From Dicyema japonicum (Eukaryota > Animalia > Dicyemida), in the NCBI GenBank assembly GCA_011109175.1, contig RDEW01000130.1, positions 1-33,629 on the forward strand: a stretch of DNA of 33,629 nucleotides, read 5' to 3'. The position numbers and the translations under genes were made by a program. Positions within the stretch are counted from its first letter, which is position 1, and each line of letters begins with the position of its first letter. The notes under the pieces are model-generated. The model had not been told where the DNA came from. It searched no databases and was given only the letters and a program-made list of their open reading frames with translations. Below, piece by piece: positions 32,705 to 33,629 of this stretch.

Positions 32705-33629
32705 TGTGTCGACCGAGCGCTACGCGCGACCAATCAATTTACTCAATCTCAAATTCGCTTATTTTATTAATAGATCAAGAAAATTATTATTTCTAACTGT
32801 TATCTAACTTCTTGAGTCGTTTGGCATGTACTTTCATTACTGATCCATCACTATTTTCCACATTGACAAAGTTGTTAGAAAAATTTTGCAACAAAGGTGA
32901 CTGTATTCCCGTATGGATGTTCGAACCTGGTTAATCTCAAGGAAGGATTTGTCCCATAATCCTTTTGAATGCGAACCTTTTTAAGTAATTATAAAATAAA
33001 TACTATGTCTCCAATGTTTAATTTAAGACAAATAATTCACCTGTAGATGAGTGAGGTGTTTGATTGTACAAAAACACAGCCTTTCTTATGTGTTTTATCC
33101 ACTCTTTGTTGTCATCCAAACTCATAATTTTTGAAAGGCTCCTTGTGATCGTCTGATTAAATCTTTCAACAATTCCCTGACTCTGGGGATGGTTTGGTCT
33201 TCCATGTACTTGTCGAACACAAAACTCTTCACATACTTTTGTCACATGAGAATTTTTGAATTCTGTTCCGTTGTCTGATTGGAGAAACTTGCAGGGACCA
33301 AAATCCATAAAAATATCATTTAGATTAGTCGCCACCTCTACTCCACTTTTATTTTTAAGATTCCTCCTAAACGCATATTTCGAATATACGTTTATTGCAG
33401 ACATTAACCAAGAAAAATCGTTGTTCATTTTTAAATCTACGAATAAGATAATTTTATACCGTTTAAAATCAATTAAATCTACTTGAAACCTTTCATTAGG
33501 TAAATCAGCAACAATATGAGTTGAATCATCATATTATTTTAGTGAACTGAAAATTTGCAGATATTGCATTCTTTAACAACTTAGCGAATGATCTCTCTTT
33601 TCAATATAAAAATTTTCGTCCTATAAGGC
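32705..33629 (-). mobile_element. Ginger-like DNA transposon with retroviral-type (rve, KRBA2/SCAND3-like) integrase; runs off the window
   Basis: VVKECNIC, ERFQVDLIDF, YSKYAF, FLQSDNGTEF, HGRPNHPQSQGIVERFNQTI, YNQTPHSSTG (DDE triad). A GC-rich terminus beginning TGT(G)TCGACCGAGCGC lies at 32705-32730. No RT or RNase H is visible. Confidence 0.75.

Noticed and set aside
1-33629. Prokaryotic defence systems, CRISPR arrays, operons or rRNA
   Set aside because: No regularly spaced repeat-spacer array or rRNA-like sequence is present. The genes are spliced eukaryotic genes.

Overview
This is AT-rich eukaryotic (metazoan) genomic DNA, not prokaryotic. It holds compact, densely packed host genes broken by extremely short GT-AG introns (mostly 20-30 nt), interleaved with many decayed and nested transposons. 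Recognisable genes: GTSF1-like, a PGAM fragment, CPVL-like serine carboxypeptidase, MPST/TST sulfurtransferase, ECHS1, a reduced hnRNP K, tRNA-Asn(GTT), GOSR1, CCDC169, a VRK kinase, Torsin and a possible RhoGAP. Mobile elements: several CRE-type (restriction-like endonuclease) non-LTR fragments, an RTE LINE, a LINE 3' end with a (CAA)n tail, four hAT elements or remnants, a Tigger/pogo-like MITE and a Ginger-like integrase transposon. Nearly every gene has single-base losses in short homopolymers, most likely consensus errors, so exon coordinates are approximate. The intron sizes plus metazoan markers suggest a miniaturised parasite genome such as a dicyemid (inference only). All family calls come from recalled motifs, with no database search. 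No clearly new multi-gene system is demonstrable. The best leads are the near-minimal intron architecture, CRE fragments flanking a tRNA gene, a tandemly duplicated two-gene orphan unit and a stripped-down hnRNP K.
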